Origin: Octopus bimaculoides
Taxonomy: Eukaryota
Length of the DNA stretch: 64,000 nt
Reading direction: 5' to 3'
Assembly (NCBI RefSeq): GCF_001194135.2
Contig: NC_068983.1
Span: forward strand, 117,027,565 to 117,091,564
The notes under the pieces were generated by a model. The model was not told the origin of the DNA. It saw nothing but the letters and a program-made list of their open reading frames with translations, and searched no databases. Position numbers and translations under genes: made by a program. Below are positions 1 through 11,621 of the stretch, piece by piece. Numbering within the stretch: position 1 is the stretch's first letter; each line of letters opens with the position of its first letter.

Positions 1-67
1 TGTATATATATATATATGTGTGTATATATATGTAAATATAAATATATGTGTGTGTGTGGATACATAA

Positions 68-791
68 ATAATATTTTTATGGAGGCAACACATGCGGAGT
101 TTAAAAGGACATAATTAAAATACACATTCGTAACTTGTATAAATATATAAACTCTTTATAAAATGGAAATAAAATATAAATATACATAAATAGACAAATG
201 TCGATGTTATACATAAAACACGATTGAATTTAAGAAAAACTTCTTTTGTAAGTATATTTAAAATTATAATATGATGAAATTTTAAAATTTTTCTTGAGCG
301 GATTAAGTAGTAAAGTGACATACTAAAACAACGAAAGAAAAAATATAGAGATCACATCTACAAGCCGTTTCAGAGATGTGCCATGGAATACGACATATTT
401 CATATTATTAATCATGGCACTAATGAAGGGAGTGTGATGATTAATAATATGAAATATGTCATATTCCATGGGACATCTCTGAAACAGCCTGTAGATGTGT
501 TCTCTATATTTTTTCTGTCGTTGTTTTAGTATGTCACTTTACTACTTAATCCGCTCAAGAAAAATTTTTAATTTCATCATACTAAAGTATTATAATTTTA
601 AATGTACTTACAAAAGAAAGTTTTCTTATATTGAATCGTATTTTATGTATTACATCGACATTTGTCTATTTATGTATATTTATATTTAATTTCCATTTTA
701 TAAAGAATATATATATTTATATAAGTTTCGAATGTGTATTTCAATTATGTTCTTTTAGACTCCGCATGTGTTGCCGCCATAAAAATATTAT
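68..791. repeat. Long foldback inverted repeat (about 350-bp arms, about 10-nt loop)
   Basis: 68-420 is the reverse complement of 432-791, e.g. ATAATATTTTTATGGAGGCAACACATGCGGAGT versus ACTCCGCATGTGTTGCCGCCATAAAAATATTAT; scattered mismatches and indels. Confidence 0.9.
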
Positions 792-962
792 TTTCAATAT
801 AGCTCACAACGATCACTACATCTTGCTATCTGTATATTAATGGGAGCTATTGTTAACATTGACAAGCTCTAAAATAAACCATATGTTTTACATATATCTA
901 TATATACAGGTACGTCATATTTTCCGTTTTCTTTCTATTTAATCCTGAAAATATATATGTAC

Positions 963-1040
<78 letters not shown>

Positions 1041-1230
1041 ACATACACGCGCGCACGCGCACACACGCATATANNNNNNNNNNNNNNNNNNNNNNNNNNN
1101 NNNNNNNNNNNNNNNNNNNNNNNNNNNNNNNNNNNNNNNNNNNNNNNNNNNNNNNNNNNNNNNNNNNNNNNNNNNNNNNNATATATATATATATAGTTTT
1201 GCTGAATCATTCAATGATTCATATGCTAAA

Positions 1231-1641
1231 TACTCTTGTACTCCTTTACTCTTTTACTGGTTTCAGTCATTTGACTACGGCCATGCTGGAGCACTGCCTT
1301 TAGTCGAGAAAATCGACCCCAGGACTTCTTCTTTGGAAGCCTAGTACTTATTCTATCGGTCTCTTTTTGCCGAACCGCTAAGTTACGGGGACGTAAACAC
1401 ACCAGCATCGGTTGTCAAGCGATGGTGGGGGGGACAAACACAGACACACAAATACACACACATATATATATATACATATATACGACGGGCTTCTTTCAGT
1501 TTCCGTCTACCAAATCCACTCACAAGGCTTTGATCGGCCCGAAGCTATAGTAGAAGACACTTGCTCAAGGTGCCACGCAGTGGGACTGAACCCGGAACCA
1601 TGTGGTCGGTAAGCAAGCTACTTACCACACAGCCACTCCTG
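1231..1641 (-). mobile_element. tRNA-derived SINE, family A (CORE-like centre, internal GT/AT microsatellite)
   Basis: Minus strand begins AGGAGTGGCTGTGTGGTAAG...GGTTCCGGGTTCAGTCCC (A and B boxes); near-identical copy at 61005-61411. Confidence 0.9.
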
Positions 1642-1646
1642 CAACT

Positions 1647-1942
1647 ATAGAATAAAATTTATTTGCCAACGTAAAGAGTCAATCCTGTTTAGGACGATGT
1701 TACTACCTTTATTTTGAGCCTTAGGAAAACATCTTTTCCAACTGGCTACCGACGTACAACTGCGTCCTTATATCTCGAACAAGGCTGCTGTTATCCCCAC
1801 TCCCTTGTTCTAGGTATAAGGACGTAGCTCTGCGTCGGTAGCCAGCTAGAAAAGAGGTTTATCTGGGGTTAAAAAAGGTAGTAAAATCGTCCTAATCAGG
1901 ACTGTGACTTAACGTCGGCAAATAGGTTTTACTCTTATATTT
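1647..1942. mobile_element. Palindromic MITE / foldback element
   Basis: Imperfect inverted repeat across its whole length (TATTTGCCAACGTAAAGAGTCAATCCTG versus CAGGACTGTGACTTAACGTCGGCAAATA; inner CTGGCTACCGACG versus CGTCGGTAGCCAG); TA-rich flanks. Confidence 0.75.
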
Positions 1943-2877
1943 ACTGAATAATTTCTCTTTACATTCTATTAGATTCCTACTAAGAAAGAGTATAAATTCA
2001 ATGAAGTCATCATTTTCTCATGATTCATTTTTCTGTTAGAAATAAACATTATTTGATATTGTCTTTTCCTTGAACATTGTGTTAGATGTCTTAGAAATGA
2101 ATATTTATAACTTACGAGATAAGATATATTTATTTTGATGTCTAACACATGCCAAAATAAAAAGACTGTGAGAAGGCATTGTTGATTAATATCGGCAAAC
2201 GTATGCTATGGTACTTATTTTAGTAATCCTGCTGCAAAAATTATATGGACTTCGGCAGCATTTGAACTCATAATGATAAAGCCAGATATAATTAACAACA
2301 ACCGTTTTATCGCTGTGTCTACTAACTCTTTATTCACTATTGTTGTAATTTCTGAATTCCGATGAGTACCTCATAGCTAGGGTTTACCTGAAGAAAATCA
2401 ATACTGCGACACGATTTCAATTTCCGATTATACTTTTTAACTCACTTTGCTAATTTCCGGAGAAATTTATGAATGCTAGCTACGGCTACTTCGAAACCCG
2501 TTACTAAAATACTTTGCTTTTGTGTCTAGCAAAAATGAGCACGAATGCATTTTCAGAGCTCTCAGTCATATAATTCTTTCAATTTTTCTAATCATATTCT
2601 TTGTTCCCAATATTTGTCTTAAAATATCTTTTACTTTAGCCGAATTTTCCTAGGTAATAACTTGTGAGGCATACACTCAATAGCAATAATATACAAGCCA
2701 ACGACCTATGAGAATTCAAACGCTATCCAAAACATATTTATTGAATATTTCTTCTAGCATTTAGTAGAAAATTTATTTTCCATATTAATGCATATGTTTT
2801 CTGTTATTCTAAGTGTATTCTGATAGCAATTGTACATCGTTATATTCATAGGATCAATACATTTTAAAATTTATACA

Positions 2878-4030
2878 TTATCATTATTATTTTTATCATG
2901 ATCTTCTTTCAATTTTGTTTCCATTTTTGTTACGAGTGTCTTCTCCCACCAAGCGCAAAGAAACTCACTGTATGCATTGCTAGGCCATTAAAATAAAGAC
3001 ACCAGATTGTTCATTTACAAAATCATGTGATAGAAAATGAAGGGTGTAAAAAGAAAGAAAATTCACACTGTGTTTCTCAATACTTATGACGTAGCAGTTA
3101 AGACAGTTTTCTGCACTCCCTGCATGGATGGTAAGTCAGGGATCAACTTTAAATAATTTTCAGTGTCTTGTTTTGATCATTCCAAGTGCTCCTACAATCG
3201 CTGGTATTGTAACCGTCTTGAGATGCCACTTGAAATCGATTTCAATCACTAAATCTTTATATTTTCTGAGCTTGTTAAATTCTTTTGCCGAAATATTATG
3301 ATCATGTGGTATGCTCATGTCATTCAATAAACAGATTTTTTTTTCTTGGCCTCTCACAACAATATCTGGTTTATTAGCTATTGATGAGTGTGTTTCTGGA
3401 GAGTGGCTTTGGCACATTTATCAAGACCAAATTCCATCCCGATGTCATCACTGAACGCTTTCACAGTACTTAATAAGCCTTCAAGCTCATTATCGTCTTA
3501 AGTTTTAAGTCATCCATGTCGAATTTTCTTGTCGTCAACTTTATACTCATACCCTGTTCTGTTAAGTTCACTTGTAAGTGGTAGAGTGGTATAATTGGAA
3601 ATTCATATTTCAGACTGACATGTTTCAGGGAGTTGGAACTTACAGGAAAAATTTGAAAAGATACAACAATTCAACAATTTCAAGATCCATGAATGCAGTG
3701 TACTGTCAAAGGTCTTTTTTATAATTAATTCATGTGGATCAGAGATTTCTGCGTTTGTTATACTAGTTCTCATGGATCACGCGACTAGGAGTTAATCTTT
3801 GCATCAATATGATCCTCACCAGCACCCTCTTTGTTTAGTGGGGAAAATATCGTTCTGTTCCGTAAAGACATATGTTGTCTCCACGTGAATGTTAAATTTT
3901 TATACATGATAGACAGACAGGTTATGGGACCGATAGTTTTTGGAAACTTAGTTACATTATTCTTTAGAAGTAGGTAAGTAGTACCATTTGCTAACCAATC
4001 AGTCGTTTTCTTAAAATCTCTGATGATTTC
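2878..4030 (-). mobile_element. Decayed R4/Dong-like non-LTR retrotransposon (RT and RLE fragments, internally deleted)
   Basis: Minus-strand peptides DWLANGTTYLLLK..PITCLSIMYK, KKTFDSTLHSWIL, MDDLKL..LLSTVKAFSDDIGMEFGLDKCA and NKPDIVVR..KYKDLVIEI..IVGALGMIK; ATT-rich sequence at both ends. Confidence 0.85.
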
Positions 4031-4035
4031 ATAGA

Positions 4036-4490
4036 TGAACTATTATTATTATTATTGAAAGATACAAATATATTTTTTAATTCTCAACCTCGTTATAATG
4101 CTAACAAAATAACGTGGACAGGATAAATTATCTATACATTGCAGAAAAATACGTTACCAGCCAGCCAGCCATGAGACTCGAACTCACATCCATGTGATTA
4201 CGTGTTAAGTGCTTTACCATTAAGCTAAACTTCCCAGTAACGAATTTTTTACAATTTTAGAACTTATAAATTTAGCTTCATAAAACGCTAACGTTAAATT
4301 CAACTTACGATGAAAGTAAACAAACAAAGTTTGTTTTAGAAGCGTTGAGATGTATTGAAAGATACAGAAATAATTTTTTTATTCATTAGCATTATCACGC
4401 GTTTGAGAATAAAAAAAAATTATTTCTGTATCTTTCGATATATCTCAACGCTTCTAAAACAAACTTTGTTCATCGTAAGTTAAATTTAAC
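4036..4490 (-). mobile_element. Unclassified repeat containing a tRNA-like sequence plus an inverted duplication
   Basis: Homologous to 30660-30972; hairpin arms 4293-4384 and 4407-4490. Confidence 0.7.
4163..4235 (-). pseudogene. tRNA-Thr-like pseudogene or SINE head
   Basis: GGGAAGTTTAGCTTAATGGTAAAGC...CACGTAA...GTGAGTTCGAGTCTCAT. D and T arms pair; anticodon loop reads CGT; anticodon and acceptor stems are defective. Confidence 0.6.
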
Positions 4491-4491
4491 A

Positions 4492-4665
4492 TTCTTCTTC
4501 TTCTTCTTCTTCTTCTTCTTCTTCTTCTTCTTCTTCTTCTTCTTCTTCTTCTTCTTCTTCTTCTTCTTCTTCTTCTTCTTCTTCTTCTTCTTCTTCTTCT
4601 TCTTCTTCTTCTTCTTCTTCTTCTTCTTCTTCTTCTTCTTCTTCTCCTTCTTCTTCTTATTCTTA
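4492..4665 (+). repeat. (TTC)n microsatellite
   Basis: Long, nearly pure TTC run; source of the spurious poly-Lys ORF. Confidence 0.98.
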
Positions 4666-4909
4666 CTTTTAATCTGCATCTTTGTTACAGTCACTTGTTG
4701 AGACATAACCAGCGTGCTTGGGCGAGTGAAGAATAAGAGATGCTACAATGAGTGAAAGCTCGGGGAGAGGAGGTAGTGAAATAACTTCACGTAATACAAC
4801 ACAGAAATTTAAATAGATAGAGCTTCTCGTTTAAATATCTGTCTTGTATTACATGAAGATATTTTACTACTACTCATCCACAATTATTATTATCATTATT
4901 ATTATTATT

Positions 4910-5464
4910 GAGTGAGAGAGCAGTGCATGCCATCAAAGTGACACTGGGGTACAAATATACGAAGCCCATTATACCCATCATGACTACCCGTCTGATAAGG
5001 GTACACCAGACACATGCATCGCAACCATATGTGCGCGACATGGTGGTATCATAGCAAGATAAACAGCGCATGACCTCGCAGGTGGAGCCCAGTTAGAATT
5101 TTCTTCAGGTCGAGTAGCCCATCCCGCTCAAAAGGTCCCTGAATAAGGTTTGTTTAAGGATGTTGAGCAAAATACCCATGTTTCCAAAGGTGAATTATTC
5201 AAACCCCAAAGAATTCCACTCAACACATGGCTATGATGCTCCCCCACTACTTCTGCTCGTGATCAGAGATGCACATATCGTTAGCCACCAAGGGACATGC
5301 TCAACTGGTTAAGGTCAAACAACTGACAAGCAAATCTGTGGTACTGAGCAGAATATTTGCTGTAGACCATCTTTTATACCAAGACAAAACAATGTACATG
5401 ATAACACTTCCAATCAATTAAGATCAGGTGCCATGAGAGCCACTGCTTGGTACTGCAGCCGGGC

Positions 5465-5468
<4 letters not shown>
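4910..5468 (-). mobile_element. About 560-bp non-coding interspersed repeat embedded in (ATT)n
   Basis: Colinear homologue at 36560-37100; ATT/TAT runs on both sides. Strand inferred from treating (AAT)n as the tail. Confidence 0.8.
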
Positions 5469-5507
<39 letters not shown>

Positions 5508-5509
5508 TT

Positions 5510-5565
5510 ACCTTCAGTGTAGGTAAAAATGCACCGGGGTCTTTAGACATCCGTCAAGTCACATC
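5510..5565 (-). mobile_element. 3' stub of R4/Dong-like LINE (same 3' UTR as the 39417 element)
   Basis: CAGTGTAGGTAAAAATGCACCGGGGTCTTTAGACATCCGTCAAGTCACA resembles 39428-39477; abuts an (ATT)n tail. Confidence 0.6.
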
Positions 5566-5664
5566 TTTTAGAGCTCCTGGAGTCTTACATGCGTAGTAAG
5601 CTTGCTATCTGTAGCCTACGGTACCATGCTATCCATTCTCTTCAGCTATCAAATACTTTATTAA

Positions 5665-5854
5665 TAATACGCTGGACGAAATGCTTAGCGGTATTTCACT
5701 CGTTGTTACGTTCTGGGTTCAATTTCCACCGAGGCCGACATTGCCTTTCATCCTTTCAGAGTCGATAAATTAAGTGCAAGTGAAACAATGGAGTCGATAT
5801 AATCGACTATCCCTTTCTCGAGAAATTCCAGGCCTTGTGCCTATAATAGAAAGG

Positions 5855-5855
<1 letters not shown>
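5665..5855 (+). mobile_element. tRNA-derived SINE, family B (Meta/MESC-like centre)
   Basis: GCCTTTCATCCTTTCAGAGTCGATAAATTAAGT core shared with many copies in the window; ends in (ATT)n. Confidence 0.8.
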
Positions 5856-5913
<58 letters not shown>

Positions 5914-5935
5914 CATCATTATTATTATTATTTTC

Positions 5936-6270
5936 ATTATCATCTTCTTTCAATTCCGTTTCCATTTCTTGCCGAGTGACTTCCAGCCACCTAGGCCAGA
6001 GAAACGTACTTTATACATCGGTAGGCCATTAAAAGAAACACCCAAGATTGTTCATTTACAAAGTCATTTACAAAAAGGGGAAGAAAGAAGAGAGACCCCA
6101 CCGCAAGACAGGTGCTACTTAGTGGCCACTTAGATCCCTGTGCAAAAAATAAGTCCCCCAAATTCCAAGTTTTCTTACTGTACCTTTGCCCAGATAGCAT
6201 CACTGACCAAACACGAATAAGCAGCAAAAGCATTTTTATTCAATAATACAGACCACAGTAAAAAATAAAC
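5936..6270 (-). mobile_element. 3' UTR fragment of R4/Dong-like LINE (same 3' end as the 2878 element)
   Basis: ATCTTCTTTCAATT..GTTTCCATTT..TAGGCCATTAAAA..AGATTGTTCATTTACAAA matches 2895-3022; preceded by long (ATT)n at 5855-5935. Confidence 0.65.
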
Positions 6271-6329
6271 TAATATCTTGAAAAATACACTTGGATTGAC
6301 GATTGATGTCGGAACAATTACTCAATACT

Positions 6330-6645
6330 CTGTTTCCTACACACACGCACACTCCCTATACGTATTGACATATGAATACAATATTTCCCAGGAACACACA
6401 TCCACAACAAACGCTCACAAATACAATACACACACACAAATACAATACTACCCACGCACAAACACACGCATATATACACGCACGCACACAAACATAATAT
6501 GCCCATTCTCCAGGAAAAAAAACACATTCCTACAAAAACATACACACGCAATACAATTCAACAGTCACAACAAACACTCATAGACACATACATATATACA
6601 CACATACATAGCCACATACACGTACACACGCATGCACTCGCACAT

Positions 6646-6682
<37 letters not shown>

Positions 6683-7085
6683 CCCGATAAATACAAAAAC
6701 ACATATATGCACACGTACACACGCATACTCACATGCACACGCACTCACCGGCCTAACAAACGCACACACACGCACACATGCACACCACGCTGAAAACTGT
6801 AACACACACATACACATGCACATAGACGAACACACACAGCGCCCTGACAAATATAACACACATACACACGCATACACACACACATACACACACCAACCAG
6901 ACAACTATAACACACACACACATACTCATTCATACAGACACCCAAAGCACTCTGACAAATATAGCATACACATACACACGCATATACAATTATAATACAC
7001 ACGGACACACATACACAAACACATGTGCGCACACACACCACTCTGATCAGAAAAATCACACACACATATATACACTTACACGCAA
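6330..7085. repeat. Degenerate AC-rich micro/minisatellite
   Basis: CA runs interspersed with a repeated CTGACAAATATA-like motif. Confidence 0.85.
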
Positions 7086-7899
7086 ATTCATACCATTCAT
7101 TACTTATGAGTCATATATATAAACCCCAAAACACCAGCCAAAGCAACTAAAGCATAACAGAACCAGCTCACCAAACAAGCCTTTCTTGGCTCCACAACTA
7201 TTAGAACCTTTTGATCATGTGACTGCCATCAACCACCCACATTGTTTTTACAGAGACTACAATTCTAAGCCGCCTTTTTCAAAAACAGAACGATCTTTTG
7301 ATCATGTAACTGCCATTACCAACCATATTGTTTTTCTTTAAAAAGAAGGCATTTTTGAGCCATCATCTCTGTATAAAATAGTGGTAACTGTTAAATTCCA
7401 TCCGGATGCGAGACCCAATAACCAGATGCGAGACCCAACAACCAGATCCGAGAACTATAAATGGTCTGTTATTTCTCTACTCACCTTTTTTCAATTTAAG
7501 GTGCTGCAAACAATTATGGTTTCTGATCACAGTGACATTTTAATACCCACTGATTGGCAAACCAGACACGTGTTATCTTCCTGTCAAAAAGTCTACTAGT
7601 TGATTTGGATTTATTAAACTATTATTTCACTGATCACAGAACATCAAAATTTTTCTTGTCATTGTTAAAGATTGTATCACTTGATTTGAAAACATTTATG
7701 TAAACTGATTTTTGGCACCACGTGGATACTCAAAGCCTCACACTTTACTTTTGAAAATCTTTTTAAATAAGTGAAACCGGTCAAGTTAATAAATACTTTA
7801 AAAAGATACCTGCATTTTCAGATTCTTTTCCTCATATCTTTGCTATACACGCGCGCGCGCGCACACACACACACACACACACATATCGTTTTTGCTGTG

Positions 7900-9439
7900 G
7901 AGATTTTGCAGTGGAGAAATGCACTGAGGTAATTTATGAAAATGAAGTAGAGTTCCTTGAAGTCAACACGAGGGAACTGGGCCTCCTCCTTAGACTAAGC
8001 TACGATAGTGACTATTTAGACGACCATGACCTCAGTAGATTCTGCCCCACCAGGTCACAGAGGGGAAGACCGCCCACCATCACCTCAGCAGTGAAGAAAA
8101 GCACCGCAGAGCGCTAGTGTGATTGGATCGTACCCACCCAAGACCCTGAAAGCAAACAGGTGAAAGGAATGATTGCACATGCAATAGGGGCTAGCGTAAG
8201 AACCACATAGTAAAGTTTAACAAGAAACTATACATGCAGATTCAAGGTGCAGCAATTGTTGTCGGTGTAGCTGGGATGTGGCCGGCCTCTTCATGAGCTG
8301 GTGGGACAGAAAACTTAAGCAATCCTTAGCAGAACAGTCCACAACTCTTCTACTTTACAGCAAGTATGTACACGATATCAATATCCTAGTTAAGACTAAC
8401 TCTAGTAACCTTAATATAGAAACTGAGAGGAACATAAAGGAGAGCATCCAGCAAGTAGCTGACCCCATCTAGCAAAGTATCAAGGTAACTATAGATTACC
8501 CCACTAGGCACCCCAACAATAGACTACCCATCCTTGATACTGAACTTTGGTTAGAGACTGTGAACAACAGATTACAACTCCTCCACTCCTATTACATGAA
8601 ACCCATAGCTTCGAAATATGTTGTTCATAAGAACTGAGCTTTGTCACACAACGTGAAAATTGACATACTGATAGCAGGCTTAGTTAGGATAATGAGCAAC
8701 GTGTCCCAACTATGCAATCCCTATGAAACGAAGAAACATGTACAGAACTTTATGTACCGCATGCAGTTCTCTAGATATGATCAGAAAGATAGGGTTCGAG
8801 TATACAGGGGTGCTAGAAAGAAGTTAGAGAACATTATATGTAATGAAACCAGTGGTACCTACCTGCCCCAGATATAGAAGAAAAGACTGCAATAGAAGAC
8901 AAATAGCTTGCGACGAAACAAACAGGGTGAACACATGGTATAAAACCGACAAATATCAAGGAGTGATGTTTGTAGAGGCCGCAGCCTATGGAAAACTAGC
9001 CCGTAGATTTATGAAAGCTCCGAAAGAGACCAAACTCAACATTGAGATTGTTGAAAAGCCAGGGAACTCCATCAGATCACAACTATGTAGGACGTACCCC
9101 TTTGAGAATACCATATGCACCAATGATAACTGCATGCTATGTAGGATTAGCCCTGGCATTAACTGTATAACTAAAAATGTAGCCTACAGTATAACACGCA
9201 TAGAAGGTGCTTGTAAAGACATGAACATGACATACATAGGAGAGACATCTTGAACATCTTGGACTCTTGGACATTGCGGAAAGACTAAATAAAAGAGTCC
9301 TTCCTACTCTAGCAACATGGAGACAACTTAACATCCGTATTTTATCCAAGCACCCAAAAGACCCAAACCTCAGACAAATACAGGAGTATGTCCTCATAAA
9401 TGAAACATCCCCGGTACTAAATAGGAAATATACATAGTA
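7900..9439 (+). mobile_element. Decayed Penelope-like retroelement (RT plus C-terminal GIY-YIG), Naiad/Neptune-like
   Basis: Peptides ELGLLL..FCPTR..GRPPTIT, KFNKKLYMQIQGAAI, VAGLFMSWWDRKL..YSKYVHDINI (YVDD-like), RLPILDTELW, YYMKPIAS, CTNDNCMLC..KNVAYSI..TYIGETS, RQIQEYVLI..PVLNRK; several stops and frameshifts. Confidence 0.88.
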
Positions 9440-9599
9440 GGTAATCATACCCCCATACCCACAGTTTATATTTATATACAGATAGTTTGTGGGCTGTCAT
9501 GTAGATGTGTATTTGTGGGTGTCTGTGTGTATATATGTATATGTATATGTATATGCACATGCATGTAGGCAAATGGATGTGAAAATAAACAGATACCCA

Positions 9600-10085
9600 T
9601 ACAGACGGATAGATTGTAGGTAATATGAACTGACAATCACACATACACACACATACGCAAATTAAGACTGAAACACATGAACATATACACACACACGCAC
9701 TTCACACAACGACATATATGGACACACACACACATCCACACATACGGAGATACGCATCTATACATTCAGAGACAGTACATAGTCACAAAAACTCATACGC
9801 ACACACACAGACAGACACACTCAAACATGCAGCACACAAGGAGACAGATATACACAAACACACACATGCAAACATACACACACACACGCACACGCACACA
9901 TAAAAACATACAAACGCGAACACAAACACATGAATATGCAGAATGCATACAAACGTACACACATACATATATAAATTTGCACACACACACATACATGCAT
10001 ACAGACACTTACTTGCATGAGTACATACATACATGCATACATACACGTGTAAGCGCACACACACTGACTCACACACATGCGCACA
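9600..10085. repeat. Degenerate (CA)n-rich tract
   Basis: Low-complexity CA/CATA composition. Confidence 0.85.
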
Positions 10086-10233
10086 AACAAACAAAAAGAA
10101 CGCAGCTCGAATAACGAACAGTGTCAACAACTATTGGAAAGTTTGCAAGACGCAACGGAAATTTTAGAAAATATATATATATTTATATATATGCATATGT
10201 ATATATATATGTGTGTATCTCTCTCTCTCTCTC

Positions 10234-10276
<43 letters not shown>

Positions 10277-10879
10277 NNNNNNNNNNNNNNNNNNNNNNNN
10301 NNNNNNNNNNNNNNNNNNNNNNNNNNNNNNNNNNNNNNNNNNNNNNNNNNNNNNNNNNNNNNNNNNNNNNNNNNNNNNNNNNNNNNNNNNNNNNNNNNNN
10401 NNNNNNNNNNNNNNNNNNNNNNNNNNNNNNNNNNNNNNNNNNNNNNNNNNNNNNNNNNNNNNNNNNNNNNNNNNNNNNNNNNNNNNNNNNNNNNNNNNNN
10501 NNNNNNNNNNNNNNNNNNNNNNNNNNNNNNNNNNNNNNNNNNNNNNNNNNNNNNNNNNNNNNNNNNNNNNNNNNNNNNNNNNNNNNNNNNNNNNNNNNNN
10601 NNNNNNNNNNNNNNNNNNNNNNNNNNNNNNNNNNNNNNNNNNNNNNNNNNNNNNNNNNATATATATGTACGTGTATATGTTTATGTATGTTGATATATGT
10701 CGGAACAATGAAAGTTCTCAATAGGTGTTGTAGATAGTATAGTCCTTATTGAAACTGAATGCTTGTCTATTGCAACTTGGGCTTCATAGCACTAGGTTAT
10801 GTAACTGTCACTTTTGTACGAGTATGATTTGAAAGTATACACTATGCTTTTGCTAGTTAACTAAAGGTTTCAGCTGTTT

Positions 10880-11075
10880 ATGTAATCATGAGAAAACTAT
10901 GGAGGATGTGGCATCTAGTTGGATCGCGCGCTCTAGCAGTGCTAGCCTGGTATTCGTTTCCAGCTGAGTTGACTGGAGCAGCGTAAAATGAAGCACCTTC
11001 CTCAAGGATACAACCTGTCGTCTGATGCGGATACGGAACCTTCGATCCAACACTAACTATTAGACCTCGCACCAT
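10880..11075 (-). mobile_element. Degenerate tRNA-derived SINE (family D)
   Basis: GACTGGAGCAGCGTAAAATGAAGCACCTTCCTCAAGGATACAAC resembles 34020-34070. Confidence 0.5.
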
Positions 11076-11621
11076 CGCTCATACATATATATGTGCGTGC
11101 GTATGTATTTATTTGTGCGTGTGCATTGTGTATGTGCAGTTACCTTTCATGAACCTACAAGAGAAGAGAAATTATTTTATAGGATTTGAGACTCCGTGTA
11201 TTACATTTAGTATCTGACGTACGTATAATCTTTTCTGAACGAATAAATACCGTACAATAGCAAATTCTATATTTGGTGCGGCAAATAAATAGTTATTTTC
11301 TTTTAATTAGTTTTATGAACAACAATTCAATTTAATATGTTAGTAGTTTTTGGAAGAATCCAATGAAATACTACTGTTGTACATTATGTTTTTCTTCCAA
11401 ATATGATTCGCACGCAAATGAAGAATTGATGAATATATCCATTCAATAGCGCAGACAATTCAAATAATGTTTGTTTACTTATATTTATTGGGAGTGTTTC
11501 CTTCATGTCTCGTTTTTTTTTTCTACGCTTGCTCAAAATATTTTTTGTCATCAAATTAAACACAACTTAGTAACAGTTTAATGTATTATACAAGAAGATC
11601 ACAAATTAAGTTTAAAATCTA

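Noticed and set aside
4163-4235. Functional tRNA gene
   Set aside because: Acceptor and anticodon stems do not pair and it sits in a repeat; treated as a pseudogene.
4470-4706. Poly-Lys ORF
   Set aside because: Translation of the (TTC)n microsatellite.
8630-9255. In-frame TGA codons in the Penelope-like ORF as possible selenocysteine
   Set aside because: They fall at expected Ser and Arg positions, and TAG stops and frameshifts also occur; ordinary decay.
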